Source of the DNA: Candidatus Woesebacteria bacterium
GTDB taxonomy: Bacteria; Patescibacteriota; Microgenomatia; UBA1400; MFAQ01
Length of the DNA: 64,000 nt
Direction of reading: 5' to 3'
Assembly (NCBI GenBank): GCA_035389185.1
Contig: DAOORK010000001.1
Location: forward strand, 257,006 to 321,005
The notes beneath the pieces are model-generated. The model searched no databases. It was given only the letters and a program-made list of their open reading frames with translations, and was not told the DNA's origin. Positions 18,711 through 29,020 of the stretch are shown one piece after another (within the stretch, counting starts at the first letter, position 1; every line of letters starts with the position of its first letter). Made by a program: the position numbers and the translations under genes.

Positions 18711-20146
18711 TTAGTGATTTTGGGTACTAGTTTGATAATGATATATTTTTCTGTTTTTTCAACGGTTTGATACTTGGCTTCAAGTTCGTGCATCTCGTCA
18801 TCGTAATTGACACTGACATAGTAAGCAGCACCCTGAGCTATATGTTTATCAATATCGTAACCTAATGGCCATCCAGAACGATGTGTTTGGTAAAGAAAAG
18901 CGGTGTCTCCATTATAGGGGGCGATTACCTTGGCGTCTTTGGGAGTTAGGGCATCGACTCTTTTACCCGCTTCAATAATGACCGGATTGTTGATTTGGTA
19001 ATACCCTCGAATGTCGTACCAAGAAAGAGATAACATCATGCCGATTACCGACAGCGCCATTATGAGGGTAAGAAGTCGTGAGTAGACAGTCTTGGATAGA
19101 CTAATCAACAAGGTTGTCCCCTTGGCGAGAAAAATACAGATAAAGGGGGCAGTAATTGCTTGATAATAATCATGCTGAACATTACCTCCTGCGACAATGG
19201 AAAAATACAGAAGGATGCCAATAAGCCAGAGCCAGTATGTAATCCCCTCTTTGGTGGGTTTGGCAATTACTCCGAGGATAAAAAGACAGGTACCCCACGA
19301 ACCAAGAATCAATTTTCCCAAACGTTCACCGAACAGCCAACGAAACCAAGCCGGGCGAAAACGAATACCATTGTTGTTTAAGAGCCAGTTACTGGCAGGT
19401 ACTCCTTCGGGAAAAGAGGCGATATGCTTTCTCCAAAGGCCAAAGGGTACAAGCGAAATGGCGGCGTAGGAAAGTATGTCCAAAAAGTTTAGTTCTTTAT
19501 TGGCAAGAGAACGAAAAAGGATGGCTAGGTGAGGCAGAGCAAAAAAGAGAGCGAATGGTTTAACTAAAACGGAGATAGAAAGAAACAAAGAGCTGAGTAG
19601 TAAAAAGATGCGTTTTTGGTAACCTTTTGTTTCGACAGTTTGTAAGAGAAACCAAAACGAAACAAGAAGAGAGGTGATCATTAACGGTTCGGGCAAAATG
19701 GCTCTCGAGTAGAAAATATTAAAAGGTAGAACAGCCATGAAGAATGAGGCGAGAGAGGCAATAAAGAACCCAGAAAGTTTGTTAACGATAAGATAGAGAA
19801 AAATGATGGAAATTAAAGAAAGAATCACTGAAGTTAGCCTACCTGCCATATCTAACCCCATCGATGGTGCGAGGCTGTAGACACCAACATGAAGCAGGTT
19901 GTAGAGCGGGAACTCTACCATACGATAACCGTGGGGATTGTCTTTTCCTGACTGAATATTACTTAAGTCGTGGTAGGTAGGAATAAGAAGATTGATTCCC
20001 CTTTCAACAAAATTGCGGCTAACTGAGGCTGTATCTGCTTGCCGAAAAGAGTGCCAATCAGCAACAGGATTGTCTATTTTGTATAACCTGACTACTAAGG
20101 CAATAGCCAAAATGATAGTGATAGTAATGGTTCTAAATATTTTCAT
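18707..20146 (-). CDS. GT-C membrane glycosyltransferase (ArnT/PMT_2-like)
   Basis: Polytopic; first loop WHSFRQADT, EFPLY, SRAILPE, KP, HDYYQ. Confidence 0.8.
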   Translation of the reverse strand: MKIFRTITITIILAIALVVRLYKIDNPVADWHSFRQADTASVSRNFVERGINLLIPTYHDLSNIQSGKDNPHGYRMVEFPLYNLLHVGVYSLAPSMGLDMAGRLTSVILSLISIIFLYLIVNKLSGFFIASLASFFMAVLPFNIFYSRAILPEPLMITSLLVSFWFLLQTVETKGYQKRIFLLLSSLFLSISVLVKPFALFFALPHLAILFRSLANKELNFLDILSYAAISLVPFGLWRKHIASFPEGVPASNWLLNNNGIRFRPAWFRWLFGERLGKLILGSWGTCLFILGVIAKPTKEGITYWLWLIGILLYFSIVAGGNVQHDYYQAITAPFICIFLAKGTTLLISLSKTVYSRLLTLIMALSVIGMMLSLSWYDIRGYYQINNPVIIEAGKRVDALTPKDAKVIAPYNGDTAFLYQTHRSGWPLGYDIDKHIAQGAAYYVSVNYDDEMHELEAKYQTVEKTEKYIIIKLVPKITK

Positions 20147-21453
20147 GATTTGGTGCTGAGTGCTAATCCCATGTATGCCCAGAACAATATGGCAATTTTA
20201 CTAGATTCAAAAACATCAAGAAAGATTGCGGTAACTAAAAAGGAGACAAAAATTCCCAACGCGGAGGTAACAAGAATTTTATTAAGACCTTCCTGACCGA
20301 CAAGAGCAAACTTAAGCTGGCGGAATAAGACAATGAGAACAGAGATAAAAGCGAGAATACCCAACAAACCAGTTTCTCCGAGGGCTCTGAGGTAGTCGTT
20401 GTCTGTTGCGAGACCAAGCGAAGAGTACCCGGTTCCTAATAGTGGATTTTTGTAAAAAGAGCGGAGAGACATCGGCCACTCAACATCAAACCTGATACTC
20501 GTGGAAGTGTCTTGCTGAATAGCCCGAAGCGGTTCGGGAGTAGGTGTGGGAGTAATACTGGGTGTGTTTTGGGTGGCGGCATAGGCCGGTTTGGCGAAAC
20601 TGATTTGAGAAGTAAATACTTTGAACAGAGTTTGGAAACGACCAATAAATGATGGAGAGGTAATCACAAAAGCAGACATAACTACAAGCAGAATAAAGCC
20701 TAAAAGATATCGTTTGTAAAGATAACAAATGAGGGTAACAGAAAGAAATAATCCGAGTAACCCAATTCGAGAACCAGCCTGCATAAAAAGCCAAAGGACA
20801 GCTGTAAAAAGAATAAAAAGTGGCAGTCGTTTAAGCCATCCCTTCAAGGAACAGATCAGACTGGTGAGGAAAGAAATGATCATTACTAAATAGATTGCCA
20901 GATCGTAGTGGCCAGCAAAAGTACTAGATAGGGGCACTCCTGGCCGAAGAGTTAAGGAAATCCCCTTACTGGCTTCAGAGTCCATGGTGGAGATGACAGG
21001 AGCTCGAAAATATATCTGAGCGATACCATAGGCAAAAACTAGAGCCGCAGCAATGAGGGTAATAGTTAGATAATACTTCCGGTTTTCGGGAGAGTTCTTG
21101 GCTGCCCAAAAGACTAGGAAAAAGATTGAAAGATACTCAACGCGACGGAAAAGATGTAAGAAACCGATTGAAGGATGTATATTTTGGGTAATAAAGATGG
21201 CCGAAAGAAGTGACAGAAGGCCGACGACAAAATAAACACCGATTTGAAAAGAAACGGGAGGGAATTTTACCTTTTTGAAAAGAATTGTTTTAAGAATAAA
21301 CAAACCCCATATCGCAGCAATGAGAAAGTCCTCAACCCTTATTTGAACGTAGGTAAAAGGAACTGTAAATAAAGGAAATTTTGGGTATAACGGAATAAAA
21401 ATAAGAACGGCAGCAATGGCGTACTTATAAAATGATTCTAAGAGCTTGTGCAT
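20143..21453 (-). CDS. O-antigen ligase/polymerase family (Wzy_C) protein
   Basis: Polytopic; STFAG, GSRIG, R..W, NPLLGTGY, DNDYLRALGETGLLG; start probably 21453 (MHKLL). Confidence 0.85.
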   Translation of the reverse strand: MHKLLESFYKYAIAAVLIFIPLYPKFPLFTVPFTYVQIRVEDFLIAAIWGLFILKTILFKKVKFPPVSFQIGVYFVVGLLSLLSAIFITQNIHPSIGFLHLFRRVEYLSIFFLVFWAAKNSPENRKYYLTITLIAAALVFAYGIAQIYFRAPVISTMDSEASKGISLTLRPGVPLSSTFAGHYDLAIYLVMIISFLTSLICSLKGWLKRLPLFILFTAVLWLFMQAGSRIGLLGLFLSVTLICYLYKRYLLGFILLVVMSAFVITSPSFIGRFQTLFKVFTSQISFAKPAYAATQNTPSITPTPTPEPLRAIQQDTSTSIRFDVEWPMSLRSFYKNPLLGTGYSSLGLATDNDYLRALGETGLLGILAFISVLIVLFRQLKFALVGQEGLNKILVTSALGIFVSFLVTAIFLDVFESSKIAILFWAYMGLALSTKS

Positions 21454-22333
21454 AGGCACGACGAGCTTTTTCATCTCCTTTAATTATCCCAAATATTAAT
21501 AGACGTAGCAATGAACCAAACAGAAAAAAGATCTTCACTAGAGGACGCTGCCAGCCGGGTTTATGTTTCTTCCAAAAATAGATCATGTTTTTTATTTCAC
21601 TCGTGAGAGCAAAAACTGATCCGCCCGAAGCTCCCCCAAGGTGGATGATAGCCGGAGTAACGGAGTAGAAAGTCTGGTATCCAAGTTTTTTTAAGCGATA
21701 ACAAAGCTCCATCTCTTCGGTATACATAAAAATATTTTCATCAAACCCTCCAACCTCGTTAAAAGTTTTTTTGGAGATTATCATGAACGCACCAGTGATC
21801 CAGTCCATCTGACGATCCCGATCATAAGAGGTAAGTTGAGGGTGAAAAGAAGGGATTAGTTTGCCAATGAGGGGCAAGTCATCAATAAAGAACTGCCAAG
21901 CAAAGACATTGCCTATTGTCGGAAAGTGACCTCCCGAGGCTTGAATACTACGATCGGCATTTAGAAGTTTACAGGAGAATATTCCATACTGAGAATTATC
22001 TCTTGCCTTATCGAGGGACTCTTTGATGGCATTGTCAAACACCAGTGTGTCAGAGTTTAAGAACAAAAGATATTTCCCTTTTGCTGCCCGAACTCCAAGA
22101 TTGTTTCCTCTGCCAAAACCGATATTATCCTTGGCGTCAACAAGTCTTACTCTCGAGTATTTTTTTGATAACTCTTTAATTCTCTCAAGAGAACCATCTT
22201 TTGAGCCATTATCAACAATAATAATTTCGTAGTTTAAATCTTTGGTGTATTTAACGATGGACTTAACACAATCGGTGAGAATCTCCCGAGTGTTGTAAGA
22301 AATGATGATGATGGAAAGATCAATTTGAGTCAT
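21425..22333 (-). CDS. GT2 glycosyltransferase, WbbL-like
   Basis: IIISYNT, VDNGSKDGS, GFGRGNN, FLNSDT, FMYTEE. Confidence 0.85.
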   Translation of the reverse strand: MTQIDLSIIIISYNTREILTDCVKSIVKYTKDLNYEIIIVDNGSKDGSLERIKELSKKYSRVRLVDAKDNIGFGRGNNLGVRAAKGKYLLFLNSDTLVFDNAIKESLDKARDNSQYGIFSCKLLNADRSIQASGGHFPTIGNVFAWQFFIDDLPLIGKLIPSFHPQLTSYDRDRQMDWITGAFMIISKKTFNEVGGFDENIFMYTEEMELCYRLKKLGYQTFYSVTPAIIHLGGASGGSVFALTSEIKNMIYFWKKHKPGWQRPLVKIFFLFGSLLRLLIFGIIKGDEKARRAYAQALRIIL

Positions 22334-22877
22334 TTTTAAGAGATTTTTTTATTGAAAGGTAGATTAGATAAGATGCCGGGAAAGCAAGAGTCCAGACCAG
22401 AATCCGAAGTAACGGATTGGAGTATGTCGGTTTGAGGGTGACCTTACTTAAAAATGGCTGTCCTTGAAAATAAAGATCCGTTTTGGCATTTGGATTGTTG
22501 GCATACTTTGGGGAGTTGGTCGGTTCCCAACCGTTAACAAAAATTGACTCTCTAAAAGGGTAAATTATTTCTTCGAGATAATAACTATTCAATTGATCTC
22601 TGACTAAAGTCGCTGCCTCTTCCGGACGATAGTTTAGCCGATATGAAGGAAGATTAATGCCAAAAATTTTTATGGTGAACTTGGACTGAATTTGTTCTAA
22701 AACTTCTGCTCTGGTGAGATTGGTGTAATAACCCTTTTGGTCTGGATGCTGCCAGGTGTCTCCAGGCTCGTCTGATCGTTTTGCATCTGTTAGATCTGGA
22801 TATACCGGTGAGGGCAAAGTTAGATAAATTAAACCAATAATATAAATAAAACCAGCAATAATTATTCCTCTTTTCAT
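22320..22877 (-). CDS. Hypothetical membrane protein (two terminal TMs)
   Basis: 185-aa ORF coupled to both neighbours; N- and C-terminal TM helices around a charged extracellular domain (SDEPGDTWQ, RLNYRPEEA, YLEE, NGWEP). Confidence 0.7.
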   Translation of the reverse strand: MKRGIIIAGFIYIIGLIYLTLPSPVYPDLTDAKRSDEPGDTWQHPDQKGYYTNLTRAEVLEQIQSKFTIKIFGINLPSYRLNYRPEEAATLVRDQLNSYYLEEIIYPFRESIFVNGWEPTNSPKYANNPNAKTDLYFQGQPFLSKVTLKPTYSNPLLRILVWTLAFPASYLIYLSIKKSLKNDSN

Positions 22878-23509
22878 TGAAAAAGTCTGGCTCTGCCCAG
22901 TTTGTAATTATGATCTTTAATGGGTCTGTCTCCGATTACCTTTGCCGGAACTCCCCCAACGATGGTGTTTTCAAGAACGTCTTTGGTAACAACGGCTCCA
23001 CCGGCAATTACAGCACCGTTCCCAACATGGACTCCAGGCATAATAATGACTCGAGGACCAATAAAAACATAATCACCGACAGTGACCGGCTCTTCGATAG
23101 CTGTGAATTGGGAATCTTTTAGACTGTGTTCGGAGTTATAAATCATTACCGCTGACGCAATATCTACATGTTTGCCAATGATAATTGGAGCACGACCATC
23201 GAGGAAGGCATGATCTCCAATAATTGTTCCTTCGCCGATTTTGATGTTCCACGGTTTGAAAAACCTAGCACCCATATGAAAGGTTGTCCGACGACCCATC
23301 TTAATCCCGGAAAGAAGGTAAAAGATTTTCCTCACCGTGTGGCTGGGGATAAAACCTACCAACCAAAGAAAATATAGTAAAAGATCTAAAAAGAAACTGC
23401 CTATTCTGCCGAAGATCTTTTGTAATGCTATTGCAGTTTGGAGCTTATGACCATTTTTGTCGACGAAGTAAATGCCTTCGGAAGATATTTTTAGATTAGT
23501 GATCTTCAT
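22874..23509 (-). CDS. Hexapeptide-repeat O-acetyltransferase
   Basis: LbH repeats (IGEGTIIGD, VGDYVFIG, GAVVTKDV, GGVPAK); start moved to 23509 (ATGA overlap). Confidence 0.88.
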   Translation of the reverse strand: MKITNLKISSEGIYFVDKNGHKLQTAIALQKIFGRIGSFFLDLLLYFLWLVGFIPSHTVRKIFYLLSGIKMGRRTTFHMGARFFKPWNIKIGEGTIIGDHAFLDGRAPIIIGKHVDIASAVMIYNSEHSLKDSQFTAIEEPVTVGDYVFIGPRVIIMPGVHVGNGAVIAGGAVVTKDVLENTIVGGVPAKVIGDRPIKDHNYKLGRARLFQ

Positions 23510-24621
23510 ACATTTTTTAGAATGTTTAAAATTTTCTGGGCAGACAAATCCCAATCAAAACGTTTGGTATTCTCCTTACCCATCTTAACCAGTTTAATCC
23601 TTTCTGCAAGAGAAAGATTGATGACTCTATCTAAGGCTTCTTTGATACTCTCAGTAGATAATGGATCTTCGATAAATATCCCTGATTCACCGGCAATTTC
23701 CGGCAGGCTACTGACCTTAGAGACAACTACTGGTGTTCCAACTGCTTGAGCCTCAACAACCGGCATACCAAACCCCTCATATAAACTGGGAAGAACAAAG
23801 GCACGGCTGCCTTTAATTAGGGCAGTAAGATCTTCGTTGGGAGCAAATCCGGTGAAGACTACTCGATTACTTATTCCTAGATTTTTTGACTGTTCAAGAA
23901 TCTCATCGTAAAGCCAACCCTTTTTGCCGCAGATAACAAGCTTTAGTTGAGGTTTGTCTAGCTTGGAAAATGCCTCGATAAGACGATTAATGTTTTTCCT
24001 TGGCTGAAGAGTGCCCCAGTAAAGCAAGTAACTTCCGGTGATGCCGTATTTTTTCTTGACCGAAACAACTTTTGTTTTGGGAATCTTGCCGTGATATATT
24101 TCCCGGTCGATGGCAGGATATACAACTTCAACTTTGTTAGGATCTGTGCCGTAAAGCTTGACGATTTCGTCCTTGGAAAATTCTGAGATAGTTAATATTT
24201 TTTTGGCCTTTTTGACAGACAAAGGAGTCCACTTTTTGAGTTGATTGATATCGTAATTAGTGAAATATTCAGTACCAAAACGCTCAAAACTCATGTCCAT
24301 GAGATAGATCACAGTATTTACAGGGGTAAAAAGCGGGGTGTAATGACTTGGTGAAAAGAGAACATCTATTTTGGGTTTACCCCACCATAGTCTTTTCGTA
24401 AGACTGGTTAGTACCCAGGCTTTTTTGGAACCAAATATTTCATAGACGAGATTTGGTCCACCGACAGGCATATCCGGGAGCGGACGTTCTTTTCCTAAGG
24501 CATAAATAACATCATTTCCCTGGACCTGTTTGACTAGATGGAGAAAGGTGTTGTAGGCAACTTGATTTACTCCAACCCTTTGGGGGATATTAGCTTCATT
24601 AATATCAAAACCGATATTCAT
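23506..24621 (-). CDS. GT4 glycosyltransferase, MtfB-like
   Basis: GTLQPRKN, PSLYEGFGMPVVEAQ. Confidence 0.9.
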   Translation of the reverse strand: MNIGFDINEANIPQRVGVNQVAYNTFLHLVKQVQGNDVIYALGKERPLPDMPVGGPNLVYEIFGSKKAWVLTSLTKRLWWGKPKIDVLFSPSHYTPLFTPVNTVIYLMDMSFERFGTEYFTNYDINQLKKWTPLSVKKAKKILTISEFSKDEIVKLYGTDPNKVEVVYPAIDREIYHGKIPKTKVVSVKKKYGITGSYLLYWGTLQPRKNINRLIEAFSKLDKPQLKLVICGKKGWLYDEILEQSKNLGISNRVVFTGFAPNEDLTALIKGSRAFVLPSLYEGFGMPVVEAQAVGTPVVVSKVSSLPEIAGESGIFIEDPLSTESIKEALDRVINLSLAERIKLVKMGKENTKRFDWDLSAQKILNILKNV

Positions 24622-25721
24622 TGTATTTTTTTTGAGGCGAGAACTTGTTTGTAGACGGCGTAAGTTTCTTCAGCGGCCTTTTCCCAAGTAAACTTTGAGG
24701 CCTGAACAAGACTTTTCTTTTTGAGTTCCTTTCTGTTCTCGATAGCCTCAATTATACCAGCAGCAATACTCTCGACACTTGCAGGATCAAACAGAACACC
24801 AGCGTCTCCAACTACTTCAGGCAAACTACTGATGTTACTGACGGCAACTGGAGCACCACAAGCCATCGCCTGAAGAGGAGAAAGACCAAACCCCTCATAA
24901 ACGCTAGGCAACACAAAGGCGAGACATCCTGAGTACAAACCTGGAAGGTCGGCATCGGGAATATAACCGGGCATAGTAACTCCATCGACAGCTGCCGGAA
25001 TTTCTCCCCAGCCGGTACGACCACCGATAATTAATTGAAGATCGGGATATTTTTCGCGAACAATCTTAAAAGCTTTGATCAGGGCTGCTTGATTTTTGCG
25101 AGGTTCAAGCGTGGACAGAGTGAAGAGATAATCTCCAGTAATTTTGTAGTGCTTTTTAACCATTTCTTGAACATCGAGGGACTGGGGGCAGTATCTTTCC
25201 TCTACACCTTCCGGAATAACAACGATTTTATCTTCAGGAATCTTGAGAACAGAAATGAGATCTTCCTTGGTGGACTGACTGACAGCAATGATTCTGTCTG
25301 ATTCACGCATTACCCAAGCCAAACGCTTTTTGTGAGTGTTTCTGATTGATTCAGTGGTAGTTTGGGGAAATTTGAAAGGAATAAGATCGTGTACTGTAGT
25401 TACCTTGGGAAGTTTGGATGGGGGTTCGGTCCAGTCTGAAGTGTGAACTATATCCACTAGTCCAACTAATTTTTCTACAGGGAGGACATGAAGTGAGTTC
25501 CAGATAAAATCCATAAATCTTGGAGGAAAAGAATATATCTTTGATTGGCCATGGAGCTTCCTGGCAAGAGATATAAGTTCCTGACGACGGCGAAAGGAGC
25601 CACCAAATAGAACAAACTCATCTTCAGGATATTGTTTGATAAGAGTAGCCACTAAATTTTTGGTGTAGACTGAAACACCGGTGCCGTATATGGCTTGAGA
25701 AATATCGATGGCGATTTTCAT
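24618..25721 (-). CDS. GT4 glycosyltransferase, MtfB-like
   Basis: GTGVSVY, TVHDL, LEPRKN, YEGFGLSPLQAMACG. Confidence 0.9.
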   Translation of the reverse strand: MKIAIDISQAIYGTGVSVYTKNLVATLIKQYPEDEFVLFGGSFRRRQELISLARKLHGQSKIYSFPPRFMDFIWNSLHVLPVEKLVGLVDIVHTSDWTEPPSKLPKVTTVHDLIPFKFPQTTTESIRNTHKKRLAWVMRESDRIIAVSQSTKEDLISVLKIPEDKIVVIPEGVEERYCPQSLDVQEMVKKHYKITGDYLFTLSTLEPRKNQAALIKAFKIVREKYPDLQLIIGGRTGWGEIPAAVDGVTMPGYIPDADLPGLYSGCLAFVLPSVYEGFGLSPLQAMACGAPVAVSNISSLPEVVGDAGVLFDPASVESIAAGIIEAIENRKELKKKSLVQASKFTWEKAAEETYAVYKQVLASKKIQ

Positions 25722-27022
25722 AATTTGGGGATAAAGAGTTGGTAATTGCCGATCTTTTCCCCGGGATTGTAGTTCATTTTAATATATTCAAAGACTTTTT
25801 GACTTTCAACAATTATATTTTTACCATCTACCTCTGCTTGAGCATTAATAATTACCGGCACTTTGTCTTTGGCTAAGGAATAAATAATTTTGTCTTGAAA
25901 ATCTTGCTGATGAAGATACCAAGGGAGAGAAGGAACATAAGTATAGTTTGGGGGAGTTTTTCCGGAGAGCGGATAGAGAATGTCGGGAACTCCCAAAAAA
26001 TATATTTCTCGAGATGGGATTTTTTTTATCTCTATGACTGCTTCTCGAACTTCTTTGGTGAGGTAATAGTTTCCGTACGGATGGCGAATACCCGAAATAA
26101 GGTTGAGACAAAATAAACCAATGATAAATAGATAAACAAATAGTTTTGGATTATTGGCAGTTTTTGCCCAAAATAAAACCGACAAAAGGAATAGTGGTTG
26201 GAGATGTTCAAAACCAAACCTCGGATAAGCAAGAGGCAACAGCAAAAGAATAACGGCCAGAAACTGATATTTTTTATTTTTTAGAACTGAGTAGATTGTT
26301 GGAGTTAGCCAAGCAAGTAGAATGATAATTTGTCTTTTCCCCGGAAAAAGTGTTGCTTCATGCGGATAGACCTCTTTATTAAATTGAATTACCAAACGAT
26401 AAAAGTCGGACAGTATCCCCTGCTTTATAACAAAAAGTGCGGGAATACCCAAACCAAAGATTCCCCCAAAAATTAAGGACCAAGAAAGTCCGGAAAGAGA
26501 AAAGAAAAGAATCAATAAGGCCGGGACAATAGTGGGTCGAAGAAGAACTATTTGTGATAGTAAGAAACCGGAAACAAAAAGGTGGAGATTGTTTTTAGAA
26601 AAAGAAAGAAACAACCACATGGAAATAAGAAGATTGACGAATGTTTCAATCCAAAGGACGTAACCAGAAAAATAAACTGAGGAAACAATAAATAAAACGA
26701 GCCAAACAAACGGCAGTTTAATTTTAAAACGAATTAAAGAGGCATAAAGAAGAATATCTGTCAAACAAAGTGTGGTCAAAAACAAACCGAGGAGAGGCCA
26801 TGGATTGGCGGTCAAGAAAACCAGAAGCGAGAATGGCCCGAACAAAAGCGTCGGGAAGTGCTGATCAATAATATCTCGATATGGTAGGAATCCTTGGCTA
26901 ATAAGATAAGGATATAGTGTGAATTCCCCGGAAAGGAAATAACCACGAATGAATATCAGAGCTATGTGGAAAATCAAAGCAGAAGGCAAAAGGAACAAAC
27001 TAAATTTAACGAGTTTTTTCAT
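25718..27022 (-). CDS. GT-C-like membrane glycosyltransferase
   Basis: Polytopic; first loop GFLPYRDIIDQHFP; soluble C-terminal domain. Confidence 0.65.
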   Translation of the reverse strand: MKKLVKFSLFLLPSALIFHIALIFIRGYFLSGEFTLYPYLISQGFLPYRDIIDQHFPTLLFGPFSLLVFLTANPWPLLGLFLTTLCLTDILLYASLIRFKIKLPFVWLVLFIVSSVYFSGYVLWIETFVNLLISMWLFLSFSKNNLHLFVSGFLLSQIVLLRPTIVPALLILFFSLSGLSWSLIFGGIFGLGIPALFVIKQGILSDFYRLVIQFNKEVYPHEATLFPGKRQIIILLAWLTPTIYSVLKNKKYQFLAVILLLLPLAYPRFGFEHLQPLFLLSVLFWAKTANNPKLFVYLFIIGLFCLNLISGIRHPYGNYYLTKEVREAVIEIKKIPSREIYFLGVPDILYPLSGKTPPNYTYVPSLPWYLHQQDFQDKIIYSLAKDKVPVIINAQAEVDGKNIIVESQKVFEYIKMNYNPGEKIGNYQLFIPKL

Positions 27023-27731
27023 AGGTGCGCTTCTTAACTGAGAGAGTAAGGTAGTAAACTGCCTGGAGATAACTTAAGAAAAGACCGTGATAACCGTCTA
27101 AGAATCCTAGTTTGTAAAAGTAGCGTTTTATGAAGTCACGAAGAAACCACCAGTTGGAAAAGAACTGTTTCTGTTTGACGGCGAGATTGGAATAACGATC
27201 TATTTTTTCAATAAACTCGAAAATTGTTTCGTAATTTTTGTGGATAAGGAAATTTTTTAGTTTCCCGGTCTGCATATCTGTGACGTATTCTTCATGAACA
27301 AGACTTTGCCATTTACCACTCCCCTTTTTGTAGAGCCAGATATGACAGTCATCTTTTGGTCCCCAGTCGGTGTGATAGATCGGTTTTCCCCAAATAAGAT
27401 TGAGACGGGGAATAAAATAGGCAGATACTTTTTCAGAAACAATAGCCTGACGAATTTCTTCGGCGAGCTCCTTGGTAACATATACATCAGCTTCGATAGA
27501 GAGAATCCAATCTCCTATTGCTTGCTCGTTACCAAAGTTTCGAGTCTCGGAAAAAGAAGTAAAGGGATGATGTATGGTTTTGGCTCCATAGGTCTTAGCG
27601 ATTTCGATAGTTCTGTCTGTAGAACCGGAGTCGATAACCAAAACTTCATCGGCTAGATTCTTGATCGATTCCAGTGTCTTGTACAGATCTTTTTCTTCGT
27701 TTAGAGTGGGAATGACAACAGTGAGTTTCAT
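27006..27731 (-). CDS. GT2 glycosyltransferase, KdtX/WaaE-like
   Basis: TLNEE, DSGSTDRT, RN, EAD, VHE, GFLDGYHG. Confidence 0.87.
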   Translation of the reverse strand: MKLTVVIPTLNEEKDLYKTLESIKNLADEVLVIDSGSTDRTIEIAKTYGAKTIHHPFTSFSETRNFGNEQAIGDWILSIEADVYVTKELAEEIRQAIVSEKVSAYFIPRLNLIWGKPIYHTDWGPKDDCHIWLYKKGSGKWQSLVHEEYVTDMQTGKLKNFLIHKNYETIFEFIEKIDRYSNLAVKQKQFFSNWWFLRDFIKRYFYKLGFLDGYHGLFLSYLQAVYYLTLSVKKRTYEKTR

Positions 27732-28990
27732 TTGGTTAGTTTATAAAGCAGGTGATTTGAAGTTGGAGCGTCTAGGAAATTTATTTTGTACGGCAGATAA
27801 GTTTGTAATTCCCAGACTCTCGGCTGTTGCATATCATAGTCTTTGAGAGACAGGACATAAAGAGCATCGATATCATTATAGTTTTCGACCGGTTGTGGCT
27901 TCAAATTATGCTGATATGTCAGGATATATCTTAAAGGATTAGCTCTAGTGTCAAAATCAAGAAGTACGGCCACATTGAATTTTGTCGGTGGATTGGTCTT
28001 TGCAATAAGACTGGCTACTTTCTTGGTGTCGGCAAGGGTGACCTCCTCCGGTTTTAGACCTCCCGAAAATATCCTAGTGAAGGGAGAGACAAGATTGAAA
28101 AAGAGATAGCCTAACAAAAGAGCAACGACAACAATTTTGTTTCTCTTGAAGATCATCCATAGTAAAAGCCCAGCAACAATGGCAAACAGAGGCCAAAAAT
28201 TGAGAAATTGATAGTAAGTATAGAAGGCGGCGACCTTGTGTGATTGAGAGTCGAGAAAATATTGATAAAGAGAGTTTAGATGATAAAAATTATGCTTTAT
28301 ATCGAATAAAATCATCGGTAGATCACCAATGGCCGCACCGAGAAAATACAAAACTACTCCGAGTATTTTTTTCTTTGAGAAAAGCAGAATATAGAGAAAG
28401 ATCAAAAAAGCAGAAATGGCATAAACGTACTGTAAACCGAATCCGACCCCGGAAAGAATCCCCAGAAAGAGTATGGGGAGTAAGGCCTTTCTTTTTTTAA
28501 ATAATATCCACATTTGCCACAATGAAAGCAAGCCTATTAATGGCAAATAGTTGAGCGTCCAGACAAACAAAGAGTGATGAATCATCTTGGCATTAAACAA
28601 AAACAGGAAGGTTGAAAACCAACCCACTACAGGATTAGTAATCTTTTTAACGAAGAAATATATTAGAAACCCGGTGAAAAAATTGAGAAAAGTAAAAAAT
28701 ATGGTGATGGGAAGTGGGTCAAATCTAAAGATCAGTTCGAGAGGAATCAAACTATAGTTAAAGAGAGCGCTGTGAAACAAAAACAGACCACTCGACGTTG
28801 TTCTCTGAATGTAGGCTTCACCAAGAAGAGAAGGTTTCTCTTTGATCATCTGACCTGTGGTAATCAGAGACATTGCCTGCTCCGGTCCAAAAATTAGTCT
28901 GTTCTGATAGTTATAAAAACGAACAGTTAGAGCGATGGCAGAAAGAAGTATGAGAAAAATCAATTCTCTTCTCTTTATTCCTTTGAACAT
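27728..28990 (-). CDS. GT-C membrane glycosyltransferase (PMT_2-like)
   Basis: Polytopic; RFYN..FGPEQA first loop; C-terminal soluble domain. Confidence 0.7.
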   Translation of the reverse strand: MFKGIKRRELIFLILLSAIALTVRFYNYQNRLIFGPEQAMSLITTGQMIKEKPSLLGEAYIQRTTSSGLFLFHSALFNYSLIPLELIFRFDPLPITIFFTFLNFFTGFLIYFFVKKITNPVVGWFSTFLFLFNAKMIHHSLFVWTLNYLPLIGLLSLWQMWILFKKRKALLPILFLGILSGVGFGLQYVYAISAFLIFLYILLFSKKKILGVVLYFLGAAIGDLPMILFDIKHNFYHLNSLYQYFLDSQSHKVAAFYTYYQFLNFWPLFAIVAGLLLWMIFKRNKIVVVALLLGYLFFNLVSPFTRIFSGGLKPEEVTLADTKKVASLIAKTNPPTKFNVAVLLDFDTRANPLRYILTYQHNLKPQPVENYNDIDALYVLSLKDYDMQQPRVWELQTYLPYKINFLDAPTSNHLLYKLTK

Positions 28991-29020
28991 AGACCAATTA
29001 TACGTGTAGTAACATAAACT
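28991..29020. promoter_or_regulatory. 30-bp divergent leaderless promoter pair (GT-C / galE)
   Basis: Minus strand TATAAT-6nt-ATG (28997-29002); plus strand TAACAT-5nt-ATG (29010-29015). Confidence 0.6.
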
